NCBI GenBank assembly: GCA_027334165.1
Contig: DAHWXM010000014.1
Coordinates: 9,437-73,436, forward strand
DNA from: Candidatus Micrarchaeota archaeon
GTDB lineage: Archaea > Micrarchaeota > Micrarchaeia > Micrarchaeales > CABMGC01
DNA: 64,000 nt
Direction: 5' to 3'
Both the position numbers and the translations under genes were made by a program. Positions 1-9,555 of this stretch are shown piece by piece. Positions within the stretch are counted from its first letter, which is position 1. Each line of letters starts with the position of its first letter. A model generated the notes under the pieces. That model was given only the letters and a program-made list of their open reading frames with translations. It did no database searches and had not been told where the DNA came from.

Positions 1-527
1 TGGGGGAGATACGGCTCAGGCTAGTCTCGGCGGAGAAGGACTACCTTGAAGGGAGGAGCGATGTCGGTACGTTTGAGAAGAGAATAGCAGACGAGTATGG
101 AATAGGCGTTGACGAGGTGCAGTGGGTCGCGCGCTACAAGGACACGAAGGCCAATCCCGAGGTTGTTGGCCTGATAGGTTCGCTTAGGGAGAAGGGATAT
201 CCGGTGGCGTTCATAACGAATGCCACTGCGGAAGGTGCCGTGATAACGAGGAAGTTCGCAAAGTACGCAGATGTTTTCGTGGCGGCTTGCGACGTAGGGA
301 TAGCGAAACCGGAGAAGGGCATATTCGACATCGCCATGGGGCGGATTGTGGGGAAGTTCGGGATCGATCTCTCCTATGGGGACGTGGTCTTCATAGACGA
401 CTCCAGAGTGAACGTGGAGGGTGCGCGGCGCATAGGCATCGACAGCATCCTGTTCTCCGGTGCGGACATGCTTATTGAAGAACTCAGATCGCGCGGTGTG
501 GGCGTGCGCGAACGGAAAAAGGCATAG
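1..527 (+). CDS. HAD-superfamily hydrolase (5' end outside window)
   Basis: The frame of ORF 117..527 stays open back to base 3. VVFIDDSRVNVEGARRIGIDSILF is the HAD motif-IV (DD) region and VAFITNAT is motif-II-like. Confidence 0.7.
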   Translation, partial: GEIRLRLVSAEKDYLEGRSDVGTFEKRIADEYGIGVDEVQWVARYKDTKANPEVVGLIGSLREKGYPVAFITNATAEGAVITRKFAKYADVFVAACDVGIAKPEKGIFDIAMGRIVGKFGIDLSYGDVVFIDDSRVNVEGARRIGIDSILFSGADMLIEELRSRGVGVRERKKA

Positions 528-560
528 CTGACGCTATGCTTCTTTCAAAAACAAAAAGTC

Positions 561-579
561 GGAGAAGTGAGCTTGATTA
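561..579. repeat. Arm of the 23S rRNA processing stem (pairs with 3432..3450)
   Basis: GGAGAAGTGAGCTTGATTA is the exact reverse complement of 3432..3450. The two arms bracket the LSU rRNA gene. Confidence 0.7.
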
Positions 580-594
580 GAATTTAGAATTTAG

Positions 595-3420
595 TTGCGG
601 TGCGCTCACAGGTCGCCGAAGCTTCCTGTCTACACGCCCGCCCTATCAAAGCCATGTACTATGGCCATCCTAAATGTCTCGTTTCGGATGCGGCTTCGTC
701 CTTAGATGCTTTCAGGTCTTATCCGCTTAGCGCGTGGCTACCCGGCAGTGCCTTGCGACAACCGGTCAACTAGAGGCGCCGAACTTCCGTTCCTCTCGTA
801 TTAAGAAGTTCTTATCCTCTGACATTACCACTTCCAGTAGTTGCTACCGTACTGTCTCGCGACGTACTGAACTCAGCTCATGTATCTCTTTAATGGACGA
901 GCAGTCCAACCATTGGCGGCTCCTGCACCGCCAGGATGAGATAAGCCCATATCGGTGTATCAAACGGCTGGGTCGATGTGAACTCTCACCAGCCACGAAC
1001 CGGTTACCTCTAGAGTAACTTGTCTGACAGCATGGGGCCTCATCAAATAGGCCTCCATCGTTCGTTAAGCCCCTGTTTCCAGTCTGCATTCCACGCTTTT
1101 CGGAATACAGTCAGCCCTGCATTTGCCTTTGCGCTTAACAGAGGGTTCCCAACCCTCTTAAGCAGAGCATTGGTCACTTTCGTTTCCTTATCGAAAGCAA
1201 CCGCCCAGTCCAACTATCCATCTGCTGTTGTTCCATTGCTGGTTAGTTGTATAATAGACGCAGAGTGGTGTCACATTATCGCTCCTCCCCGGCCGGAACC
1301 GGGGACTCGACGCTCCCACTTACGCTTTGCAGCATCCATCACGCAACAGCAACAGACTATAGTCAAGTTTCATAGAGACTTCGCTACCCACTGGAAGAAC
1401 GTGGCATGTACACCACGTAGTGATTTCACCGGGTCCAAAATTGGGACAGTGGGGGAGTCGTTACGCCATTCATGCAAGTCGCCTATTAAGCGACGAGGTA
1501 TTACGCTACCTAAAGAGAGTCAGAGTTACTCCCGCTCTTTGCTAGTGCTTAGTCCCGTTGTAATGGGGTTTCGCTTACTAGCGGTGAGCAGGCGTCACCC
1601 ACTGTACTAGGCCTTACGGCTTTGCGGTGAGTTGTGTTTTTGATAAACAGTCGCTCCCCCCTTGTAAATGATATCTGCGCTTACCAAGCGCAGACATGGC
1701 TTGTAGAAAACATTCGCCACTATTTTGCCGATTTCCCTAACCTTGGTTCTCCCGGCACGCCTTTGCCTTTTCAGCCAGCAGCACCTGTACTGGATCTAGG
1801 TACGAACTGATGCGATCGCTGCGGATTCCCTTTTCACTGGCTCAGGAATTCGGTCATTGTCAGATCATTTAGCTGCTTCTCCTCATAATGAGACTCCGCA
1901 GCCATTTGCTCCTGTTTGCAGACCTATCCCCAAACGTCAGAAATCCACCTTGTGTTGCCACACCTACGCATCAGGCGCATGAATATTAACATGCTTCCCT
2001 TTTGCAGGGTAGTGATTGGCTCCCTGCTTAGGATCGGCTAACTCCCAGCTAACAATTATTACAAGGAAAACCTTGTGCTTCCGGCGTAATGGATTTTCAC
2101 CATTATTTGCTGTTACTTACACCAGGATTTTCACTGCTGCACGGTCCATCCGATCTCAAGACCGGACTTCTTGCCGCACAGCACGCCCTCCTACCCACAT
2201 TTCTGTGCTAAGGTATCGGTACCTAGCTTAGCCCCGTCCATCTTCGGCAGATACTGTCTTAATCGGTACGCTATTACGCGTTTTTTAAAGGGTGGCTGCT
2301 TCTGAGCCTACCTCCCGACTGTCTTAAACAATACCGTCCTTCGATACACTTAGCTAGGATTTTGGGACCTTAACCTTAGAAACTGTCTTTTCAGCATCGC
2401 GATGCTAGCTTACCCAACATCGCCGACTCTCGGGGTCCACGCAGCACATGCATTCGGAGTTTGACGAGAAGACGGGCTCTTTCGAACCCATAACTTCAAA
2501 TCGGTCGCTCTACCTCATGTGCAAGCTCGCCCGAGGCTATCCTAAAGATACTTCGGAGGGGACTCGCTATTGCCATGTTCGAGTGGTCTATCGCCCCTAC
2601 ACGCAGCTCACCCAACAGGATATACCATGACAGGTTGCGGACCTCCATCAAGTGTAAACTCGACTTCGTCCTGGCCGCGAGTAGATCACAATGGCTTCGA
2701 GTCGGATAAGAGTGGCTTAGGCATTTTCATGCCCGGCGCCTCATTGCTTGCGCGCCCTCGCTTTCACTTCGCTTTAAAACTTGCCACACCTATTCACTCC
2801 CTGGCTCTTGCTTCGAGAAGAAATACACGACACTGTTCACACCGCCTCGCTTGATGCTTTCGCATCTTCGCTTCGGCAGTGCACATTCCTTTCATGCCGT
2901 ATGTTCTCGTAACCACCTAGTTTCAGATCTTTTCAATCCCACACGCGTGGGTTCTTTTCAGCTTTCGCTCGCGCTACTTGTTCGCTATCGGTCTCTAATC
3001 AATATTTAGGGTTGGGGTTTAATGCCCCCGCCTTCGCTAGACATACTCAAGCCCAGCTACTCTATTGTAGCACAACTCGCACATTTCCGCTTACGAGGCT
3101 GTCACTCTCTCTGGCCGCTCTTTCCAAAGCGTTCAGCTAGTGCACGAGTCTAAAAGCTACACCACATCTGCCGCCATTCGCATAGCGGAATTCGGTTTGC
3201 CCTGCTCCACGTTCAATCGTTTTACTAGTGGAATCGCATATGCTTTCTTCTCCTGCGGGTACTAAGTCATTTCAATTCCCCGCGTATACGCACGCCACTA
3301 TTCATAGCGTGCAGTTAGGTAATCCAAGGTTCAAAGGCCGACTTGCGCCTACCCTTGGCTTATCGCAGCTTGCCACGACCTTCTTCGTTATTAGAGCCTA
3401 GCCATCCCCTAGGTGGCTTA
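595..3420 (-). rRNA. rrl: 23S (large-subunit) ribosomal RNA
   Basis: The reverse complement carries universal LSU blocks. The 5' end reads AAGCCACCTAGGGGATGGCTAGGCTCTAATAACGAAGAAGGTCGTGGCAAGCTGCGATAAGCC (rc of ~3352..3420). Domain VI CTGAAAGCATCTAAG is the rc of 701..715. Ends are estimated to +/-10 nt. ORF-track entries inside it are spurious. Confidence 0.93.
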
Positions 3421-3431
3421 TAAAACTTCAT

Positions 3432-3450
3432 TAATCAAGCTCACTTCTCC
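3432..3450. repeat. Arm of the 23S rRNA processing stem (pairs with 561..579)
   Basis: TAATCAAGCTCACTTCTCC is the perfect complement of 561..579. Confidence 0.7.
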
Positions 3451-3622
3451 TCAAATCAATTGCACAAACGCAATCTCACAGGTCATTATGGCCTCGGCCA
3501 AAAGAGGGCATTAGCAATAGCCAATGCAGTTTTTACAAAGCGGTTTAGAGCCTTAAAAAACGTTAAGCCTCTAGAAGCTGATGGTGGCCATAAAAGCACC
3601 ACCATAGTATTGTTTGGTAAGG

Positions 3623-3630
3623 TTTATATA
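3623..3630 (-). promoter_or_regulatory. Candidate TATA box for the 23S rRNA transcript
   Basis: Minus-strand TATATAAA lies about 170 nt upstream of the processing stem in an ORF-poor spacer. Confidence 0.3.
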
Positions 3631-4105
3631 CGTTGTTGTGGGGCACGATACAGTACATGCGCATGGTGCCAAGCATGTGCAGACGTGACACCGTCAAGGC
3701 GGTTTGCGAGCGGTATTGACGCGCATTGAAGAGCACGTCAGCGTTGCGAAGTTGCGGCAGCATGCATTTGCCATTGCACCCTCAATGCCGGCCTGCGCAG
3801 TTTGTAGAAAAACTTTAAAAAGGAGAAGCAGCGTAAGTAGTTCCAAGGATTCGGATGCCAACCACATATGGCAGCATAACTGCCGTAGGCTCTGTTCGTG
3901 TCATGGGCTACTTTAGGTACCTTGTATTGTGGTTTATAGGGTACGCACATTCCTTCGCTCCTGCATGATGCCCTTCTGATTCTTTCTCTGCTGTTTTGCA
4001 TGTGCGGGAGAGTATCCTAACGATAAATGAGGTCTAAAAATGGAAACAAAATCGAAAGCAATCAATTCCGGCAGAAGAGATGCCGGAGAGGCGGCGTGAG
4101 GAGCT

Positions 4106-5500
4106 ATGGCAACAATCGAAAGAAAAACTTCGGCGAAGTTCCCTCTCGGCGGAGCGGAGGCCAGCAGACACAGTGCCAGCAGGGTGGAGATAGACCTGCG
4201 GCGCGCTATACGGGACGCGAGCGTCATGCCAGAGCAGGCGTTTGAGGTCAGATCGATGCGCAAGACGCTTGAGAGCCTTGCACAGGCGCTCGAGAAGAAC
4301 GGGGTGACGGACGACATGCTGGAGGAGGCCGGGCTGCCTAGGCTGCACTGCGACATAGCCAGGCTTTCCAAGGACAACGGGCTCACCACGGAGAAACTGG
4401 CTTCACGCGATCCGGGCCTTGCGCTGCTCGCGCTAGCCTTTGGGGGCTACTTCAGGCAATCCACGTGGGCAAACTTCGGCAGTCCGGAAAGGCTGCTCAC
4501 CACCACCCGCAACCTGTACAACGGCACGGCCATAGAGTTCAGCTGGGCCATGACTAAGCTTGGGCCCAGGGCCAGCCTCACCAACACCCCGGATCTTGGG
4601 GAGGTGCTGGAAACTGTGCTGATAGAGAGACTGATAAACGCGACTGACAAACTGGTAGGCAGGGCTCCGGCAGGCATAATAATTGTCGACGAGTCTGCTT
4701 CCATATACGAGTACTCGAACGGGTCAGGGGGAGGCATCTGGAAATTCAACAACTCCGACTTCAGGAACCGTTTCGTGAACATTCTCGGGAACGGGAGTGA
4801 CTGGCGTGCTCCGGTGGTGTTCGTATCGCAGGAGATAGACCATGAAAGAATGGTCAGCCTGCATGAAACGTACCGCAACGACGAAGAACACCACAGGGTG
4901 GCCCGTACGCGCAGGCTCATACAGGAGGCGATTGGAGACGCTGCGGAGATATCGGCTCCGCTCCTGGCTGCACTCATGGATTCAAGGAAACGGACACTGC
5001 GCAAGGACCATGGAGCCATAGCCGCAGATCCTGAAGCCATGCGCGACCTGCACGGCGCAGTACTAAGCCAGCATGGAGACAGCAGCATAGAAAGGGTGCA
5101 CGCAAACGACATAGTCGTCCACGTGACCAAGATAGGGAGGCCGGGCGAGCTCAGCGCTTCTTCACTCGGCACCGAAACCGGGCACGGCGTGCCTGTGATC
5201 GGCTTCAAGGGGGGGCTGAGAAGCAGGCCGCAACTGAGGATCGTGCCGGAAGTGGATCTTCTAGAGACAATCGAGAGGGTTCCTACGGCGGAGCTGACCG
5301 AGATAGTAGATAGGGAAGGCAACTTCATGGCGTACTACCTCGGGAAGAAGGGTGAGACTCCTTCCGAGTGCGATCTGCAGGACGTCATCCCAAAGACCAT
5401 AGGAGGCACAGCGATAGAGCTGAAGAACGTCAGGTCCGTCGAACAGGTGATCTCTGACGTGCTTCCGGAACACGGACTCGGGGAGCTGAGGCGCGAGTGA
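4106..5500 (+). CDS. Hypothetical protein (464 aa)
   Basis: Longest ORF in any frame here and first gene of a tightly spaced co-directional run (4106-8813). No family motif recognised. Start uncertain (alternative ATG 4226). Confidence 0.6.
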   Translation: MATIERKTSAKFPLGGAEASRHSASRVEIDLRRAIRDASVMPEQAFEVRSMRKTLESLAQALEKNGVTDDMLEEAGLPRLHCDIARLSKDNGLTTEKLASRDPGLALLALAFGGYFRQSTWANFGSPERLLTTTRNLYNGTAIEFSWAMTKLGPRASLTNTPDLGEVLETVLIERLINATDKLVGRAPAGIIIVDESASIYEYSNGSGGGIWKFNNSDFRNRFVNILGNGSDWRAPVVFVSQEIDHERMVSLHETYRNDEEHHRVARTRRLIQEAIGDAAEISAPLLAALMDSRKRTLRKDHGAIAADPEAMRDLHGAVLSQHGDSSIERVHANDIVVHVTKIGRPGELSASSLGTETGHGVPVIGFKGGLRSRPQLRIVPEVDLLETIERVPTAELTEIVDREGNFMAYYLGKKGETPSECDLQDVIPKTIGGTAIELKNVRSVEQVISDVLPEHGLGELRRE

Positions 5501-5540
5501 TTAAAAGCGCACGGGTGGAATATATCGCAGGTAGGCGAGC

Positions 5541-6578
5541 ATGAAAAACGTAGCCACATCCAACACGTCGGCAGCCAGCGCGAGGCATGGCATAGACTTG
5601 TCGCTGCTTGACAGGGACATAGACTTTGAGGACTCCGATGCATCCAGGGGCGAGATAGCGGAGTTCCTAGAGAATGACATCCGCGGCTACTTCAGCGGAA
5701 GGCCGACGAGCCTCGAGGAGCTGATCTTCACTGGAAGCTTCGCCTCCTATGATGGAAAGCGCCAGGAGGTGCTTTCCCTGCTGGAAGAGAGGGAGAGCGT
5801 TCGCTTCCTCGTGCTTTCTTATCTGGGCAAGATGCAGAGCGCGCTGAAGTCACCGTACCGCAATCCCGATCTGTCCTCGATAGCGTTCCTTAATCGGCTC
5901 GACTTCTTCGCCAAGACTGCGGAGGAGATATCTGGCAAGACTGTTAGCGTTACGGTTGCCGCGGAGAACAGGGCTTTTGACGTCTCCATATTTCGCACGG
6001 GCGAGGACTCTTCCGAGGAGATGCTTGGGCTTACACGTGGTCTGCTCCACGACTTCGGTCTGGAGAACGTAAAGGCGGAACCCCTGGAGAAGTTCCTTGG
6101 AGGGGATGCGTACTACAAGGAGTTCGAGGCGGAGCTGGAGCGCGAGCGTGCCGATATGGAATCGCTGAATAGCGTGAGTTTCAGGCACGTATTCGACATC
6201 TTCTACACGCTGTATCCCACGCGCACCTTCAGTGACGCAGTCACCGTGTACGCGTCCGATGCCAACGTCGGCGCGATATCGGATTGGGCCACCGAGTCAA
6301 CTCTGCGATACTCTGCATTTCACGAGGCAAGGGCGAAGACCGACTTCTGGGGCAGCAATCCGGAATACATTAGGAGCAGCGTAAGCTCCAGGCCCGGGGT
6401 CCTCGTGTTCCAATACGGTCCGGGAAGGGTCTCGCCGTTCAACGGCGTGTCGGTAATAAAAGGCGATGGAATAGGAACGGAATATTTCTCGGACTTGGTA
6501 GGCGACAAACCCGCCGGAACTGCGAAGTTCAGGCGCCTAAGGTACAAAAACCTGCCATTCTGCTTTGACATGAGATGA
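5541..6578 (+). CDS. Hypothetical protein (345 aa)
   Basis: Long ORF whose stop overlaps the start of the downstream ROK-like gene (ATGA at 6575-6578). No motif recognised. Confidence 0.6.
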   Translation: MKNVATSNTSAASARHGIDLSLLDRDIDFEDSDASRGEIAEFLENDIRGYFSGRPTSLEELIFTGSFASYDGKRQEVLSLLEERESVRFLVLSYLGKMQSALKSPYRNPDLSSIAFLNRLDFFAKTAEEISGKTVSVTVAAENRAFDVSIFRTGEDSSEEMLGLTRGLLHDFGLENVKAEPLEKFLGGDAYYKEFEAELERERADMESLNSVSFRHVFDIFYTLYPTRTFSDAVTVYASDANVGAISDWATESTLRYSAFHEARAKTDFWGSNPEYIRSSVSSRPGVLVFQYGPGRVSPFNGVSVIKGDGIGTEYFSDLVGDKPAGTAKFRRLRYKNLPFCFDMR

Positions 6579-7498
6579 CTGGCATGAATACACGTGTAGG
6601 CAAACGCACCTTTGCGGGAATAGATGTTGGAAAGACAAAGACCGCGGCTGCTGTGGTAACCGAGGAGGGCCGGATCATCAGCAATGCCGTGATTGCAACA
6701 GACCTGCGCGATGACGGCGTACACGTGATAGAAAATGCAAAGAGCCTTCTCCGCAAGGTAATCGGCGAATCGGGGCATAGTGTGGAAGGGATAGGAGTAT
6801 GCTGGGTAGGAGTGGTGGACACGCCCTCGGGGCGCATAGAATACAGTTCCATAAAGGAGACCAGCGGCAAGGACATCACGGGGATTATTGAAAAGGAATT
6901 TTCCGTGCCTGCGCTCGCCGGAGACGACGTCACCACGCCGGGGTACGGGGAATGGAGATACGGAGCGGGCATGGGGTACGGGACCGCGGCGTACATGACC
7001 ATATCCACGGGCACGGGAATGAGCGTGGTGAAGGACGGGAAACTGTGGAAAGGCAGCCACAACATAGCGGGCATATTCGGCGCTATGGAGGTTTATGGTA
7101 AGGGCAATTCCATCGAGTCCGTGTTCAGCGGGAAGGGAATATCGGAGTTGGCTAGCAATGCGCTTGGAAGGGACGTGAGCACGGCAGAGGCGTTCGCACT
7201 TGCCGCAGGTGAGTCCGGACCGTGCCACGACATAATAGACAGGGCAGCGCGCGTGGCTGGGTCTGTAGTCGCGGGGACGCAGTGCCTGATCGACCCGGAT
7301 GTCATAGTAATAGGCGGAAGCGTGGCGAACAACCAGCCCGGATTCGTGGATAGGATACGTGAGGAGGCCAACGCGATTATGGAACCTTACAGGTTCAAGC
7401 TTCCAAACGGCTTGAACGTGGTGGGCTCAGCCCTTGGGCAGTACAACGGGATACTCGGAGCCGTGGGCCTGCTGGTGCAGCGGCTTGACGGCAGGTAG
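6575..7498 (+). CDS. ROK/ASKHA-family sugar kinase-like protein
   Basis: FAGIDVGKTKTAAAVV (phosphate-1 DxGxT), ISTGTGMSVV and VIGGSV motifs. It lacks the ROK CxCGxxGC zinc motif and has no N-terminal HTH. Confidence 0.75.
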   Translation: MTGMNTRVGKRTFAGIDVGKTKTAAAVVTEEGRIISNAVIATDLRDDGVHVIENAKSLLRKVIGESGHSVEGIGVCWVGVVDTPSGRIEYSSIKETSGKDITGIIEKEFSVPALAGDDVTTPGYGEWRYGAGMGYGTAAYMTISTGTGMSVVKDGKLWKGSHNIAGIFGAMEVYGKGNSIESVFSGKGISELASNALGRDVSTAEAFALAAGESGPCHDIIDRAARVAGSVVAGTQCLIDPDVIVIGGSVANNQPGFVDRIREEANAIMEPYRFKLPNGLNVVGSALGQYNGILGAVGLLVQRLDGR

Positions 7499-7526
7499 TT
7501 CTGCCGGCATACATATATTAACACAG

Positions 7527-8330
7527 ATGGCCGAGGTTAATGCGGAGCATCGCAAAGGGGCCAACATGCGGATCCTAGACGACCTTCAGCGCATCATTGA
7601 CAGGAACTCGCTTTACATCAGGAGCGGGAAGGACACGATACGCATTTCCGAGAGCGGAAACGCACGAGTGCTCAGCTTCAACGGCACAGTGTATTCGAGG
7701 ATAAACCTCGGGAGCTTGTATACGAGGGAGTACTGGGACATGCTGATGCCGCTCGCTTACATGGCGCAGAAGACCGATGTGCTGATGATAGGGCTCGGCG
7801 GTGGCACCGTGGCGTATCAGATGAAGAGGCTACGCGGAGCGGACGTAAGCATAGACGTTGTGGAGATAGACAGGGCGATGGCCGAGGCGATGACACGCTT
7901 CCTTCCCGAAAACATTGGTATCGATATAGTCATTGGCGATGGAGCGGATTACGTTCATGCTCCTCGGCGCAGATACGACGCCGTAATACTAGACGCATAC
8001 GTAAACTCACTCATACCGGAGCAATTTTTCTCAAGGAGCTTCCTCGAAGGCGCGATGGCATCGCTTAAGGACAGGGGAGTGCTTGCGCTAAACTACATAA
8101 ACTCGGCGAACACGGAACAAAGGCTTGATGAGTACGTCGGGCTGGCGCGGGACCTATTCGCCGTGTACGAGCTCAGCACGCTGCACGTCACTCTTAACAG
8201 GATATTGCTTTTCTCAAAGGGCATGCGGAAGCCCGAAATAGTATCGCGGATAGTTGGCGCGGGGCTTGCGGATTCGCAGGAAGGCAGGGACGTGATTGCG
8301 GGCTACAGGAAGATGCATGAATTTTATTAA
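7527..8330 (+). CDS. Spermidine-synthase-like class I transferase
   Basis: LMIGLGGGTVAYQM, VVEIDRAM and DAVILDAY motifs. ATG 7527 was chosen because the ORF-track start 7434 overlaps the ROK gene. Alternative ATG 7566. Confidence 0.65.
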   Translation: MAEVNAEHRKGANMRILDDLQRIIDRNSLYIRSGKDTIRISESGNARVLSFNGTVYSRINLGSLYTREYWDMLMPLAYMAQKTDVLMIGLGGGTVAYQMKRLRGADVSIDVVEIDRAMAEAMTRFLPENIGIDIVIGDGADYVHAPRRRYDAVILDAYVNSLIPEQFFSRSFLEGAMASLKDRGVLALNYINSANTEQRLDEYVGLARDLFAVYELSTLHVTLNRILLFSKGMRKPEIVSRIVGAGLADSQEGRDVIAGYRKMHEFY

Positions 8331-8336
8331 TTTTCG

Positions 8337-8813
8337 ATGCAAGAAGTGGATATGGCAATAACGATCAGGAATGGGGAGGAGAGAGATTTTACGCGCGTGA
8401 TGACGCTCGTAAGGGAATTGGCCGAGTTCGAGAAATCTGGGGATATGGTGAAGAATTCCGCAGAACAGATGAGGGACGAAGCAGCTTACTTCAGGCTCCT
8501 CGTAGCCGAGGAAGGAAGCGACATCATTGGCTATGCGGTCTACTACATCGCGTACTACACGTGGATCGGAAAGAGCCTGTACCTAGATGACCTGTACGTG
8601 AGGCCCGAGTACAGGGGCAGGAAGGTAGGCAGCATGCTGCTGCGCGGCGTGCTGAAGCGCGCGAGGGATGCGGGATGCAAGCGTGTGCGCTGGCAGGTAC
8701 TGGATTGGAATGAAAGGGCGATAGGGTTCTACAGGAAGCGCGGTGCAGTGATAAGCGGCGAGTGGCTCAACTGCGATCTCGATGAGAAGGGCTTAGACAA
8801 ATTGCTTGCCTGA
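8337..8813 (+). CDS. GNAT acetyltransferase, diamine (spermidine/spermine) N-acetyltransferase-like
   Basis: LYLDDLYVRPEYRGRKVGSMLL ... RVRWQVLDWNERAIGFYRKRGA gives GNAT motifs A/B in an SSAT-like pattern. Confidence 0.7.
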   Translation: MQEVDMAITIRNGEERDFTRVMTLVRELAEFEKSGDMVKNSAEQMRDEAAYFRLLVAEEGSDIIGYAVYYIAYYTWIGKSLYLDDLYVRPEYRGRKVGSMLLRGVLKRARDAGCKRVRWQVLDWNERAIGFYRKRGAVISGEWLNCDLDEKGLDKLLA

Positions 8814-8820
8814 GGAACCG

Positions 8821-9096
8821 CTACTCCAGCCTCTTGATTATGTGATAGCCAAACTGCGTCTTCACTATTCCGGAAACCTCGCCCTTATTTAGCGCGAACG
8901 CGGCCCTCTCGAACTCGCGCACCATGACACCCCGGCCGAACACGCCAAGGTCGCCGCCGTGCCTCGCCGATCCATCCAGCGAATACTGCTGAGCAAGAGC
9001 GGAGAACTTTTCTCCAGCCTTTATCTTCTCCAGTATCTCGTTTGCCTGTGCCTCGCTCTTCACGAGTATGTGCGCGCACCTTATCTTGTCTGCCAT
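8821..9096 (-). CDS. Parvulin-type peptidyl-prolyl cis-trans isomerase
   Basis: CAHILV ... GGDLGVFGRGVMVREFERAAF ... FGYHIIKR is a PpiC signature. Start set at ATG 9096 (MADKIRCAHILV); the ORF track gives 9120. Confidence 0.8.
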   Translation of the reverse strand: MADKIRCAHILVKSEAQANEILEKIKAGEKFSALAQQYSLDGSARHGGDLGVFGRGVMVREFERAAFALNKGEVSGIVKTQFGYHIIKRLE

Positions 9097-9116
9097 TGAA
9101 TCAACCAAATCAGAAT

Positions 9117-9548
9117 TCACGTCACCGCAGCGGCTTTAGCCGATGTCAAGCGGTACATGTACACAGAAGTTATGAACAGAAGCACAGTTATGACGTGCAC
9201 AGAGGTGCAGTATATGCATATGCTTCCTATCAGATATTCCGAGTAAATGAAGTACACCACGAAGCCGATGCCAAGGCCATTGAACAGCACAAGCATGTCC
9301 CTGTTCCCAAGGAATATAAGGGCGAATTCGGCGATGAAGAAAAGGACCCCGAGCACGCATACCGGCACCCCGAGTACGTACGAGTACGGGCTGTTAAGCA
9401 CGCTCTCGCAGTTGATTATGCCTACGGAGGGGCACGCGACTGGCTTGTTGGTGTAGTGCTGGACCGTCAGATATGCGGACACCAGTAGTCCCAGTATGGA
9501 TATCGCGAGCATGAATTTTTCCGCTCCGCCTATCTTTGTTTGGGCCAT
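9117..9548 (-). CDS. Vitamin K epoxide reductase (VKOR) family membrane protein
   Basis: Multi-TM protein with loop cysteines (VACPSVGIINC) and a CIYC redox motif in the last helix. Confidence 0.75.
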   Translation of the reverse strand: MAQTKIGGAEKFMLAISILGLLVSAYLTVQHYTNKPVACPSVGIINCESVLNSPYSYVLGVPVCVLGVLFFIAEFALIFLGNRDMLVLFNGLGIGFVVYFIYSEYLIGSICIYCTSVHVITVLLFITSVYMYRLTSAKAAAVT

Positions 9549-9555
9549 GGGACCA

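Noticed and set aside
734-3729. Many ORF-track entries (60-196 aa) between 734 and 3729.
   Set aside because: They lie inside, or immediately flank, the 23S rRNA gene on either strand. The sequence is clearly LSU rRNA, so these are non-coding artefacts.
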